A stretch of 63,846 nt of DNA, counting the filler, from Octopus bimaculoides (taxonomy: Eukaryota), in the NCBI RefSeq assembly GCF_001194135.2. It is 8 parts of 7 records of this genome, joined end to end, with 100 filler letters (N's around TTAATTAATTAA, not from the genome) between each part and the next. Parts side by side here need not be neighbours in the genome. Positions count along the whole stretch, not along the records: positions 48,285 to 54,157 come from NC_068992.1; positions 54,258 to 57,871 come from NC_069007.1; positions 57,972 to 59,128 come from NC_068984.1; positions 59,229 to 61,510 come from NW_026388446.1; positions 61,611 to 63,846 come from NW_026307055.1; 3 more parts are not named here. The stretch is one strand, 5' to 3'. Position numbers and translations under genes: made by a program. The notes under the pieces are model-generated. The model was not told where the DNA came from. It searched no databases and was given only the letters and a program-made list of their open reading frames with translations. Shown here piece by piece: positions 52,320 to 62,849 of this stretch (the stretch's first letter is position 1; each line of letters begins with the position of its first letter).

Positions 52320-53045
52320 ATCCATCTATACTATACTCAGATTTCTGTCTTCTCTTCTAGTTTCTGACGATTAGTCTAACAATCAACAGCTGATATTTCG
52401 TTCTCCGTCTCCCTTTTAGTTTCCTTTCTGTTCGATGGGTAGTAGCCCACTTTTTTCTAAGTATTCATACAGTTCACCGGCCAAAACACGTGGCAATAGT
52501 TTCCACATTAGCGGAAGACATGTTATTGGCTTAAAGTTGGATGCAGTGTTATCCTTTTCAAGATCCTTAGCACATAACTCACCCTTTTTCATCCAGCTGA
52601 GTACTGCGCCTTCCTGCAAGCAATCATCTAGCTGTTGCATTAACCTTTCACGGAAACTTCTAAGCTTCTTTATCCAATAACCTTAAACATTATCCGACCC
52701 CGGACTCTTCCAATTTTACTTTTTACTTATCTGTCTTTTTATCTTTTCCGTAGTTATTTTTAATGTTGTTTTGACTATATTTCTTAACCTACCTTGGATT
52801 TCATGCAGTCACTCTTCGTTATCATTATACTTTACTGGTTGATCTCAGATTCCTCCTAGAATGTCCTGATTTCTTCTGCATCACCTATAAATATTCGGTG
52901 TAACTTCCCATCTAGTTGCTCAAATAGCTTTTTCTGATTGGTTTCAAACAATCTGTTCTGCCTGAATTATTTTGTTCTGCTCACATATCTTTCCAGTTTT
53001 GCCTTGATTGCTGCTGCTCTTTGTTTCAGTTCTTCCTATATTACA
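52320..53045 (-). mobile_element. R4/Dong-like LINE copy 1, pre-RT and start of RT
   Basis: ELKQRAAAIKAKLERY...RQNRLFETNQKKLFEQL; NFKPITCLPLMWKLL...LLPIEQKG...TKYQLLI...MDY. Confidence 0.88.
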
Positions 53046-53157
53046 TCATTGCAAACAAAGAGGATGATTTTTTACAGGGTTTGCTCCCTGGGTGTGTTTA
53101 TTTGAGATTGTCATGTAAAGGGTTACATCTTTAGGACGCCAAGTTCGCCCTGTGTAT

Positions 53158-53159
<2 letters not shown>

Positions 53160-53202
<43 letters not shown>

Positions 53203-53230
53203 TCTTCTTCTTCTTCTTCTTCTTCTTCTT

Positions 53231-53263
<33 letters not shown>

Positions 53264-53300
53264 ATTATTATTATAATTATAACTATTATTATTATTATTA
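53160..53300. repeat. Compound microsatellite (TCA)n(TTC)n(TTA)n
   Basis: Read directly. Confidence 0.95.
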
Positions 53301-53302
53301 TT

Positions 53303-53850
53303 GAGTGAGAGAGCAGTGCATGCCATCAAAGTGACACTGGGGTAGAATATACGAAGCCCATTATACCCATCATGACTACCAATCTGATAAGGATACACCA
53401 GGCACATGCATCACAACCATATGTGCGCGACATGGTGATCTCATATCAAGATAAACAGAGCATGACCTTGCAGGTCGGGCCCAGTTAGAATTTTCTTCAG
53501 TTCGAGTAGCCCATCCCGATCAAAAGCTCCCTGAATAAGGTTTGTTTAAGGATGTTGAGCAAAACACCCATGTTTCCAAAGGTGATATATTCAAACCCCA
53601 AAGAATTCCTCTCAAAACATGACTATGATGCTCCCCCACTACTTCTGCTCAGGATTAGAGATGCACATATCGTCAGCCACCAAGGGGCATGCTCAACTGG
53701 TTAAGGTCAATCAACTGACAAGCAAATCTGTGGTATTGAGCAGAATATTTGCTGTAGCCCATCTTTTTATATCAAGACAAAACAATGTACATGAGAACAC
53801 TTCCAATCAATTAAGATCCGAAACCATGAGAGCCACTGCCTGGCACTGGA
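53303..53850. mobile_element. Unclassified interspersed repeat
   Basis: Non-coding block of about 550 bp bounded by (TTA)n tracts on both sides. Resembles a high-copy Octopus repeat from memory only. Confidence 0.3.
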
Positions 53851-54297
53851 TTATTATTATTATTACTGTTCAGTAGTTTTATTTTTATAACGTGCTTTCA
53901 CTTCACTACCGAGCGCAGCTCTGTGTGCCTTGGGTATGTGCTGTGGTTTGCTGTGATGCTCTTATGGTTACTGTAATGAAAGTGTTTTGCGTAGGATGTG
54001 TGCAGTGCCCAGTAGTGCAATTTTCTGTATGCTATATATATTTGTAAGTCCTGGTGTTTTTGTTATGTATTTGTCTGAATATTTTTTTTATTATACCTAA
54101 GGCACCTACTATGATAGGAATTATTTCTATTTTTAGATTCCACATTCGAGTTACCTCNNNNNNNNNNNNNNNNNNNNNNNNNNNNNNNNNNNNNNNNNNN
54201 NTTAATTAATTAANNNNNNNNNNNNNNNNNNNNNNNNNNNNNNNNNNNNNNNNNNNNGTCATATTATTATTATTAATATATATATATATATATATAT

Positions 54298-54480
54298 GGT
54301 GGTTGTCTACTCCTTAAACAGAGTTTGACCACCTCCTGCACCTACACCTTAGCCCTTTCATGGCGTCTGATGTGGCTTTTTAAACCAGACAGTGTTTTGA
54401 AAAAAACACCCACACAGATTGCACCTCTGATTTGCACTGCCAATACCTGCAAGTAAGTTCTGCTCATTGTGGATCCTAAC
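54298..54480 (-). mobile_element. RTE-like LINE 3' end with C-terminal C2H2-like finger
   Basis: AICVGVFFKTLSGLKSHIRRH then stop, short 3' UTR ending GGAGTAGACAACCACC next to (TA)n. Confidence 0.55.
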
Positions 54481-54544
54481 ATGTCTTTTAAGACCCCCAT
54501 TGGATTTGCAAACCCTCTGGCACACACCACATTCATATATATAT

Positions 54545-54945
54545 GACGGGCTTCTTCCAGTTTCTGTTTACCAAATCGCCTCACAAGGTTTTGGTCGTCC
54601 CGTTTCTACAGGAGAAGATACTTGCCCAAGGTACCATGCAGTGAGATTGAGCCCAATGTATTTATGTTTATATGTAATCACAGTGTGTGTATGCGAGCAT
54701 GTATACGTATGTTTTAGTCCTTGGATTGCAGCCATGCCGGAGTACCGCTTTAGAGATTTTTTTAGCTCCACCTTTTGCCGAACCGCTAGTTTACAGAAAC
54801 GGAAACGAACCATCACCAGTTGCCAAGCGTTAGTAGTGGACACGCACACACACAGACGACGGGTTTCTTTCAGTTTCCTTCTATTAAATCCACAAGGCTT
54901 TAGCCGGCCTTGAGGTGCTGCGCAATGGGACTGAATCCAAGACTA
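54545..54945 (-). mobile_element. Two decayed SINE family B pieces (about 54545-54655 and 54710-54945)
   Basis: GACGGGCTTCTTCCAGTTTC...CTTGCCCAAGG and GCAGCCATGCCGGAGTACCGC...GACGGGTTTCTTTCAGTTTCC. Confidence 0.7.
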
Positions 54946-54954
54946 CATGATACA

Positions 54955-55175
54955 TACGAGGGAGTTGCTGAAAAGTTCCTGGCTTTAAGGGTGTCGCGAA
55001 AGGCCTGGCTGGAGGCTCTGCCTTCCGAGATATTTTACAAGGCTTAGAAAAGCTGAAGGGCCGCTGCAATAAATGTGTGATTATGAGAGGGGAGCATGTT
55101 GAATAAAATCATAATTAACTGATCCTCCTGTATTTTCTTTTACCCAAAGCAGGAGCTTTGCTGCACCCTCTCGTA
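54955..55175 (+). mobile_element. mariner-derived MITE, about 220 bp, both ends present
   Basis: Imperfect TIRs TACGAGGG...AAAGTTCCTGGCTTT / AAAGCAGGAGCTTT...CCCTCTCGTA with terminal TA. Retains the transposase tail LQGLEKLKGRCNKCVIMRGEHVE stop. Confidence 0.85.
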
Positions 55176-55714
55176 CACAAACATACTTTTTATTAAAACT
55201 GCATAATTATCACCGAACCTGTTACTCAGTTTCACATTTCCATTCGTCGGACAGTTGTGATGAAAACATTAATGTGCTCACACCTGTGTGTGTATTCATA
55301 CGTACATGCATATGTATTTAGTATGGCATCTACTGCTAAAGCTGAAAGATTGCCCATATTTATTATACTTTTACCAGTTGAGCGGGTGACAGTGCCTTCA
55401 ATGTTTCGACCTGCTGTCCTACGGACTTCTCTAAGTCACACGAAAAAGGTGATCGAGTAATTTCTTCACTGTATTGTGAATTTATTTTTATTATAACCAG
55501 ACATAAAACACACACGCACACTGTGGTGTGATGGAGGAAAAAGACAACAAGAAGCAAAAGGACTGAATGAAACGTTGGACCTTACCTTGTCGACCGCAGC
55601 GGAGTACACGATCGNNNNNNNNNNNNNNNNNNNNNNNNNNNNNNNNNNNNNNNNNNNNNNNNNNNNNNNNNNNNNNNNNNNNNNNNNNNNNNNNNNNNNN
55701 NNNNNNNNNNNNNN

Positions 55715-55760
55715 ACCACCTCAGCCCAGGTCTTCCTGGGCCTACCTCTTCCACGGGTTC
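55715..55760 (-). mobile_element. RTE-like LINE C-terminal fragment next to gap
   Basis: GTRGRGRPRKTWAEV, a typical LINE ORF C-terminal GRPRKTW motif. Confidence 0.6.
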
Positions 55761-55822
55761 CCATTATATATATATATTATATATATATATAAGATATGCA
55801 TATTATATATATATATCTATAT

Positions 55823-55894
55823 ATTTTCATGGTGTAATGTTTAGCACTCTGAACTTTGAATCCAGTGATCCGAGTTCAAATCTTAGTGAGATCT
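55823..55894 (+). tRNA. tRNA-Gln(TTG) gene copy, probably a pseudogene
   Basis: CATGGTGTAATGTTTAGCACTCTGAACTTTGAATCCAGTGATCCGAGTTCAAATCT closely matches animal tRNA-Gln(UUG). Mismatches in the acceptor, anticodon and T stems. T5 run at 55901-55905. Confidence 0.85.
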
Positions 55895-56041
55895 TAATAC
55901 TTTTTCCACAATGGTGCTCCAGTATGACTGCAGCTGCATGGCTGAAACGAGTAAACAAATATATTTATGTATATATATATATATATATATGTATACGTAT
56001 ACACATGCACATTACATATATAATTTTATGTGTATGTATAT

Positions 56042-56072
<31 letters not shown>

Positions 56073-56679
56073 TGTATATGTAAATATATAATATTTTGGA
56101 AAAAATAAATTTCAATATTTTATCATATCCATATATACACACATATATTTGAGTGTGTGTGTGTGTGTGTGTGTGTGCACTGACACACACACACACACAC
56201 ACACACACATGATCTATGTGGTTTTCTCTTGTGTGACGAAGAGTTAAGTAAACTGATATGGTACTTTTATCCCTCTCTCTGTACCTCTTTCTCTCTCTGT
56301 CCCTCTTTTTCTCTCTCTCTCTCTCTCTCAATAAAAACATGCTGACGCCCTACTTCCTACTTTTTTCTCCTTCTTCATCAAAAACTTGGATACGTAACAA
56401 TATTTGTCTCGTTCTTGCTGTGGTGCCACCAAAATTTCCTCTAGTTTGTTGTAAGTCTAACATTTTCTTCCATTCCTGGCTTTCCATTTTCCATTTTTCA
56501 TCCATTTTTGGTCTCATTTTCCATTTTTTAAAGAATGATATTGTCTTTTAGTGTAAATCTGATTCCGATTCTGTTCTGATGCCAGCTGAACGATGTCGGT
56601 CAGATGTACTGTTAGAATACAAACACGTATGAATTTTAAGACTGTGTTTTCTAATGTGTGTGTGTGTGTGTGTGTGTTA

Positions 56680-57871
56680 GTGTTTGTGTGTGTGTTTCCT
56701 TGAAAGTATCGTATGTGTATGTTTGCTTGTGTGTGTTTTTGTGAAAGTAGTGTGTGTAAGTATATATGTGCTTGTGTATGTGTACTTGTGAAAGTATTGT
56801 GTGTGTGTGTGTGTATGTGTGATTCTGTGTTTGTGTATGTGTGTATTTGTTTGAAAGTATTGTGTGTGGGTTTGTTTGTTTATGTGTATGTGTGCTTGTG
56901 AAACTATTGTGTGTGTATGTATGTGTGCTTCTGTGTTTGTGTGTGTATTTGTATGAAAGTATTGTGTGTGTGTGTGTGTATGTGTGCTTGTGTTTCTCTG
57001 TGTGTATGTGTGCTTGTGTTTCTCTGTGTATGTGTGTGGGTTTGTTTGTGTGTATGCGTGTGTGTGTGTTTGAATGTGTCATAGAAATAACGTGCATTCA
57101 TTCATACAGGATGTATAAATGATGAATGTTCTTATTTTGAGTCTATAATAGCTGTGCGTGTGTCTGTGTTTGTGTCTGTCTCCCTGTATGTCTCCCTGTA
57201 TGTCTCCCTGTATGTCTATCTGTATGTCTGTTTATTTCTCTGGCTGTCTCTCCATAAGTGTCTGTCTCTCTCTGCCTTTGTCTCACTATCTCTGTATCTC
57301 TGTGTCAGTCTCTCTATCTTTGTGTTGTTCTGTCCTTCTGTCTTTCTACCTGTCAGTCTCTCTGTCTATTTCTCGCTGTGTGTCTATCTCTCTGTGTGTG
57401 TCTATCTCTCTGTGTGTCTATCTCTGTGTGTGTGTCTATCTCTCTGTGTGTGTCTATCTCTCTGTGTGTGTCTATCTCTCTGTGTGTGTCTATCTCTCTG
57501 TGTGTGTCTATCTCTCTGTGTGTGTCTATCTCTCTCTGTGTGTCTATCTCTCTCTGTGTGTGTCTATCTCTCTGTGTGTGTCTATCTCTCTGTGTGTGTC
57601 TATCTCTCTGTGTGTGTCTATCTCTCTGTGTGTGTCTATCTCTCTCTGTGTGTCTATCTCTCTCTGTGTGTCTATCTCTGTGTGTGTGTCTATCTCTCTC
57701 TGTGCGTCTATCTCTCTGTGTGTGTCTATCTCTCTGTGTGTGTCTATCTCTCTGTGTGTGTCTATCTCTCTCTGTGTGCGTCTATCTCTCTGTGTGCGTC
57801 TATCTCTCTGTGTGCGTCTATCTCTCTGTGTGCGTCTATCTCTCTGTGTGCGTCTATCTCTCTGTGTGCGT
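56680..57871. repeat. TG-rich satellites: degenerate GAAAGTATTGTGTG units (56680-57070) and about 18-bp TCTATCTCTCTGTGTGTG array (57370-57871)
   Basis: Visible periodicity. The array runs into a scaffold join. Confidence 0.9.
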
Positions 57872-58204
57872 NNNNNNNNNNNNNNNNNNNNNNNNNNNNN
57901 NNNNNNNNNNNNNNNTTAATTAATTAANNNNNNNNNNNNNNNNNNNNNNNNNNNNNNNNNNNNNNNNNNNNATTAATAAGAAACCCTCAACAGAAGGGGT
58001 TGATCTTCTGACCAACAGAAGATCATCTCAGAAGAAACCCCACCTCAGGTCCTTTAACTTGTTAATCTCCAAGGGGGCCGTTTGTATCCAGGTCATCATG
58101 ACTCTTGGAGGCCCTTATACTGACACTTTTTAGCCACTTGGGTATCAGATGATGTAAACAACTCTGATGAAACCCCAGTAAGTTTCGAAAATTGATCTAG
58201 GCTC

Positions 58205-58383
58205 TTTTATTTGTTTCAGTCATTTGACTGAGGCTATGTTGGAGTACCGCCTCTAGTCGAACAAATCGACCCCAGGACTTATTCTTTGTAAGCCTAGTAC
58301 TTATTCTATCGTTCTCTTTTGCCGAACTGCTACGCTACGTGAGACGTAAACACACCAGTATCGGTTGTCACACAAACATATAC

Positions 58384-58447
<64 letters not shown>

Positions 58448-58590
58448 GGCTTCTTTCAGTTTCCGTCTACCAAATCCACTCACAAAGCTTTGGTCGGCAT
58501 GAGGCTAAAGTAGAAGACACTTGCCCAAGGTGCCACGCAGTGCGACTAAACCCGGAACCCGGTTGGTAAGCAAGCTACTTACCTCACAGA
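58205..58590 (-). mobile_element. SINE family B, near full length, with expanded internal (TA)n
   Basis: Reverse complement of the 6279-6666 architecture. Confidence 0.88.
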
Positions 58591-58645
58591 CTAGATTTGC
58601 CATGTGTGTGTATCTTGTACTTGGGTTTACGCGCGCGCACGCACA

Positions 58646-58689
<44 letters not shown>

Positions 58690-58821
58690 TGCATGTACTC
58701 ACATCTATGTATATTTACAGAGAAAGAGATTGTGAGAAGAAAGCATCCACTACATTATCGGTGCATGTTAAACAATTATGCAAATTAGGCAGATCATATT
58801 AGCACTGTCCGTGTTTGTATT

Positions 58822-59128
58822 GTTGTTGTTGTTGGCACTCCGCCGCTTACGACGTCGAGGGTTCCAGTTGATCCGGAACAGCCTGCTCGTGAGATTAACG
58901 TGCAAGTGGCTGAGCACTCCACAGACGCGTGTACCCTTAACGTAGTTCTCGGGGACATTCAGCGTGACACAGTGTGTCATGGCTGACCCTTTGAATTACA
59001 GGCGCAACAGAAACAGGAAGTAAGAGTGAGAGAAAGTTGTGGTGGAAGAGTACAGCAGGGTTCACCACCACTATCTGCCGGAGCCTCGTGGAGCTTTAGG
59101 TGTTTTCGCTCAATAAACACTCACAACG
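58822..59128 (-). mobile_element. SINE family A, head lost at scaffold join
   Basis: Reverse complement of 10202-10508 with a (CAA)n tail. Confidence 0.9.
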
Positions 59129-59228
59129 NNNNNNNNNNNNNNNNNNNNNNNNNNNNNNNNNNNNNNNNNNNNTTAATTAATTAANNNNNNNNNNNNNNNN
59201 NNNNNNNNNNNNNNNNNNNNNNNNNNNN

Positions 59229-59263
<35 letters not shown>

Positions 59264-59284
59264 GATTTTGGTACGTGGCCAGCA

Positions 59285-59425
59285 ATTTCCGGGCGGAGAT
59301 TAGTCGAATCCATCGACCCCAGTACTCAACTGGTACTTATTTTATCGACCCCGACATAATGAAAGACAAAGTCAACTTGGACGGAATTTCAACTCAAAAT
59401 CGAAAACGAACGAAATGCTGAATGA
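59285..59425 (-). mobile_element. SINE family C, decayed
   Basis: ATCGACCCCAGTACTCAACTGGTACTTATTTTATCGACCCCG...GGAATTTCAACTC. Confidence 0.75.
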
Positions 59426-60180
59426 GACGCAGTTCTTTTCTCCGGCTCTAAACGTAATTCTAATTTCAAATCTAACCGATTTCATATCTGCCTTTTATTC
59501 ACCTGGGTCCATTAAAAAGTGTACTTTTAAAGAATCATGAGGTTCTTTAATTAACTGAACTGTTTTCCAGACTTTCTGGCGACGTAAGGTTGTAACTTTT
59601 TCGACACTGTCACCCCGGGGCCAATGTTAAGATTCATTATTTTAAACTAAATCACTGTTTGACTTTCTCGTATTAATTACTTGAAGAATTGATTTTGTTG
59701 ATTCATCTTAATAATCGTTTTTCCGTCAATTTCCTTATTTAGTATTTCATTCTTCTTCTTCTTCTTCTTCTTCTTCTTCTTCTTCTTCTTCTTCTTCTTC
59801 TTCTTCTTCTTCTTCTTCTTCTTCTTCTTCTTCTTCTTCTTCTTCTTCTTCTTNNNNNNNNNNNNNNNNNNNNNNNNNNNNNNNNNNNNNNNNNNNNNNN
59901 NNNNNNNNNNNNNNNNNNNNNNNNNNNNNNNNNNNNNNNNNNNNNNNNNNNNNNNNNNNNNNNNNNNNNNNNNNNNNNNNNNNNNNNNNNNNNNNNNNNN
60001 NNNNNNNNNNNNNNNNNNNNNNNNNNNNNNNNNNNNNNNNNNNNNNNNNNNNNNNNNNNNNNNNNNNNNNNNNNNNNNNNNNNNNNNNNNNNNNNNNNNN
60101 NNNNNNNNNNNNNNNNNNNNNNNNNNNNNNNNNNNNNNNNNNNNNNNNNNNNNNNNNNNNNNNNNNNNNNNNNNNNNNNN

Positions 60181-60241
<61 letters not shown>

Positions 60242-60894
60242 ACCGTTCGTGATGGCAAGATCAGCAAAAATGTACTCCATCTGGTGAGTCATGAATACTA
60301 TTTATAAAAACACTATATTTTTATGTGCTACTATTAGTTTCATGTGCTGAGGCATGCCAGACAGTATTTTTTAACACGTCTGGTGTTCTATCACAATCAT
60401 CAGGCACTGCCCGCATGGCATAACGAACTAAAAATGAATGATAGGATGATAGAAAAGGCGAGAAAGAAGTAGATATAAAAGGTGGAAGGTTGAAAATCGG
60501 AAAACGAAACAGAAAACAAAAAGAAGCTAAAAGGGAAGAATTAGAATTATTTCCTCTTAGAACTCTAACACACTGCTGAATTCTAGATCCGAAATTTTCA
60601 GCGGTTGTAAACATATCGCTAAGTTCCTGTTGACGACTTGGAAAGTATCACCCTGTTTGTATTGTACAACTGTACGACAGAATGTAAGCCGGTATCTTTT
60701 CAGTCTTATATTTTATGGTCTAAGAGGAAACAACTCTAATTCCTTCCCCATATTTCATCCATTATTTGTGCATATTCTCGTTCTATGGTTTTGTACCATA
60801 AAATATATCTTTTAATCATCCCCATATAAAAAGTTTAGTGTTGTGAGTTTCGGTGAACGCAGAGAGTATTCTACTGGATCTCTTAGTCTAATCC

Positions 60895-61075
60895 TCCAAC
60901 GAAGGTTTAAGAGTATCGTGAAAGGCCTTTTTGAAAACTCAAACTTCCGAGTTCTATTACAGGGATTATGGCATTTGAATGACCACTGCAACAAGTGTGT
61001 GAATCTGAGCGGGGATTATGTTGAATACAATCATAATTAACTGATTCTCCTGTATTCTCCTTTATCCAAAGACAG
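60895..61075 (+). mobile_element. Further copy of the mariner-derived MITE (54955 family)
   Basis: GAAAGGCC...CTTCCGAG...LQGLWHLNDHCNKCVNLSGDYVE...AATCATAATTAACTGAT. Confidence 0.8.
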
Positions 61076-61084
61076 AAATATTTG

Positions 61085-61235
61085 ACAAAAATCAAGGTAG
61101 GCACTTACATTACTATGGTAGCGTGGATGTACCGCATCGTGCTGGAAATAAAATTCCACATCTTCAAAGTCCCCTTGAATATTTGGCATGACGGCTTCCC
61201 ATAGCAGGTCCAAGTAAATGGGACTGCCAAATAAA
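61085..61235 (-). mobile_element. Tc1/mariner-superfamily transposase fragment
   Basis: IYLDLLWEAVMP...FYFQHDAVHPRY...VSAYLD resembles the YLDML...FQQDGAPPHY...VRAYLD second-Asp region. Confidence 0.72.
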
Positions 61236-61774
61236 GAATTACCCAATTAATCTTTTTGGTGATTAGCCACACAATACTGTAACGCTTAGTAAATTAACAT
61301 GATCATCCCCCCATAATATGTAAAAGTTTGGGGCCATGACAATCTAGTGATACCACAAGGACCAAGAAATTCCTGGGATGCATGTGAAGCAGTCTTTAAA
61401 AAAATCTACAAACCAACCTTGTTTCTCTGATATAAAACGGATTGTGCAGAGACTGATAACCGCGGTCATTTGGGGTTAACTATGTTGTTGGCACTCCGTC
61501 GCTTACGACGNNNNNNNNNNNNNNNNNNNNNNNNNNNNNNNNNNNNNNNNNNNNTTAATTAATTAANNNNNNNNNNNNNNNNNNNNNNNNNNNNNNNNNN
61601 NNNNNNNNNNATAACTACATTTAAACTCTCCAAGTAGAAAGGAAGAATACATAAAACCATTTTGACTTAGCCAGACCATACAGGCTAGGGAATAATTCTA
61701 AGCAGATTTTTAACTGTCACTGATTTTATTTGTTTTTTTTTTGTTTTGTTTCTGATTTATGGATCATCTTATCA

Positions 61775-62055
61775 GACCCGGTTCGTGGCAAGTGTCTTTT
61801 ACTATAGCCTCACGCCGACCATAGCCTTGTGAGTGGATTTGGTAGACGGAAACTGAAAGAAGCTCATCGAAATTATGTGTGTGTGTATCGTACCACTGTT
61901 TGACAACCGGTGTTGGTGTGTGCACGTCCTCTGAGTTATCGGTTCGGTAAAGTTCGGCTTAAAAACGTACTGGGATGGATTCATTCGACTAAAAATTCTT
62001 CAAAGATGGTGCCCCAGCACGGCCAGAGTCTAATTGACTGAAACAAGTAATAAAA
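61775..62055 (+). mobile_element. SINE family B, decayed
   Basis: GGCAAGTGTCTTTTACTATAGCCTC...GGATTTGGTAGACGGAAACTGAAAGAAG...GGTGCCCCAGCACGGCC...GACTGAAACAAGTAA. Confidence 0.8.
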
Positions 62056-62223
62056 TATGGAATACTTTACAAATTTCGGGCCTCAAAATCGTAACCGACA
62101 AGACACTGAAATAATTGTTCTCAAATTAGTATACAATGCATAATACAATGTAGTCCTTGATACACTTGGCCAGATTAAAAATTCATGTGGACACATCTAA
62201 ACAACAATGACGACGACTATAGC

Positions 62224-62520
62224 CACTAATACTAACTCCTATACTATACATTAGATAATGTAGTCCTAGATACACTATGCCTGAATAAAAGATGGGAGGG
62301 TCACGGCTAGGACGGCTGTGATTATAGATCTGTCTGGATCAGGACTGACCTGGGATTAAACAACAACTTTAATCACTAATACTAACTACTATACTATACA
62401 TTAGGTAATGTAGTCCTAGATACACTATGCTTGAGTGAAAGGTGAGGTGGTCACAGATAGAACGTCTTTGATCATAGGTCTGCCTGGCTCAGGACTGACC
62501 TGGGGCTAAACAGCAACAAT
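62224..62520 (+). repeat. Tandem duplication, 150-bp period, each unit ending in a family D retroposon-like tail
   Basis: CACTAATACTAACT...GTAGTCCTAGATACACTATG...CAGGACTGACCTGGG..TAAACA.CAAC at 62224 and 62374. Confidence 0.85.
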
Positions 62521-62835
62521 AGCTACAATATCATGTATTCTGCATAGAAACGTCCACACACACACACACACACGCACACTCACTCACACACGCATACATA
62601 CACATATATACAAGCACATTCGAGACCTTGAACGATATTTCGGCGCATGCGTGTGAACGGCGGAAGTGGTGTATAGGAGGAGAGAAGAGGTGATGCGATG
62701 ACGAAAGCCGTGCTTAGCTGTGACTCCGCGCTCCGCGGTCCCTGGGGCGGGGCAGCGAAAACTCCGAAAACTTCCTCGGGGCAAAGATACAGAAAGGTGC
62801 AGGTCGATATGTCGTCTCATTAAATGATACATAAA

Positions 62836-62849
62836 CGCCAGGGGGCGCT
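62836..62849 (+). promoter_or_regulatory. CTCF-like core motif in a CpG-rich block
   Basis: CGCCAGGGGGCGCT is close to the CTCF consensus CC(A/G)C(C/T)AG(A/G)(G/T)GGCGC. Motif match only. Confidence 0.4.

Noticed and set aside
57154-57927. ORFs of about 250 aa rich in Cys/Ser/Val/Leu
   Set aside because: A pure 18-bp satellite open in several frames; the ORFs end in the linker.
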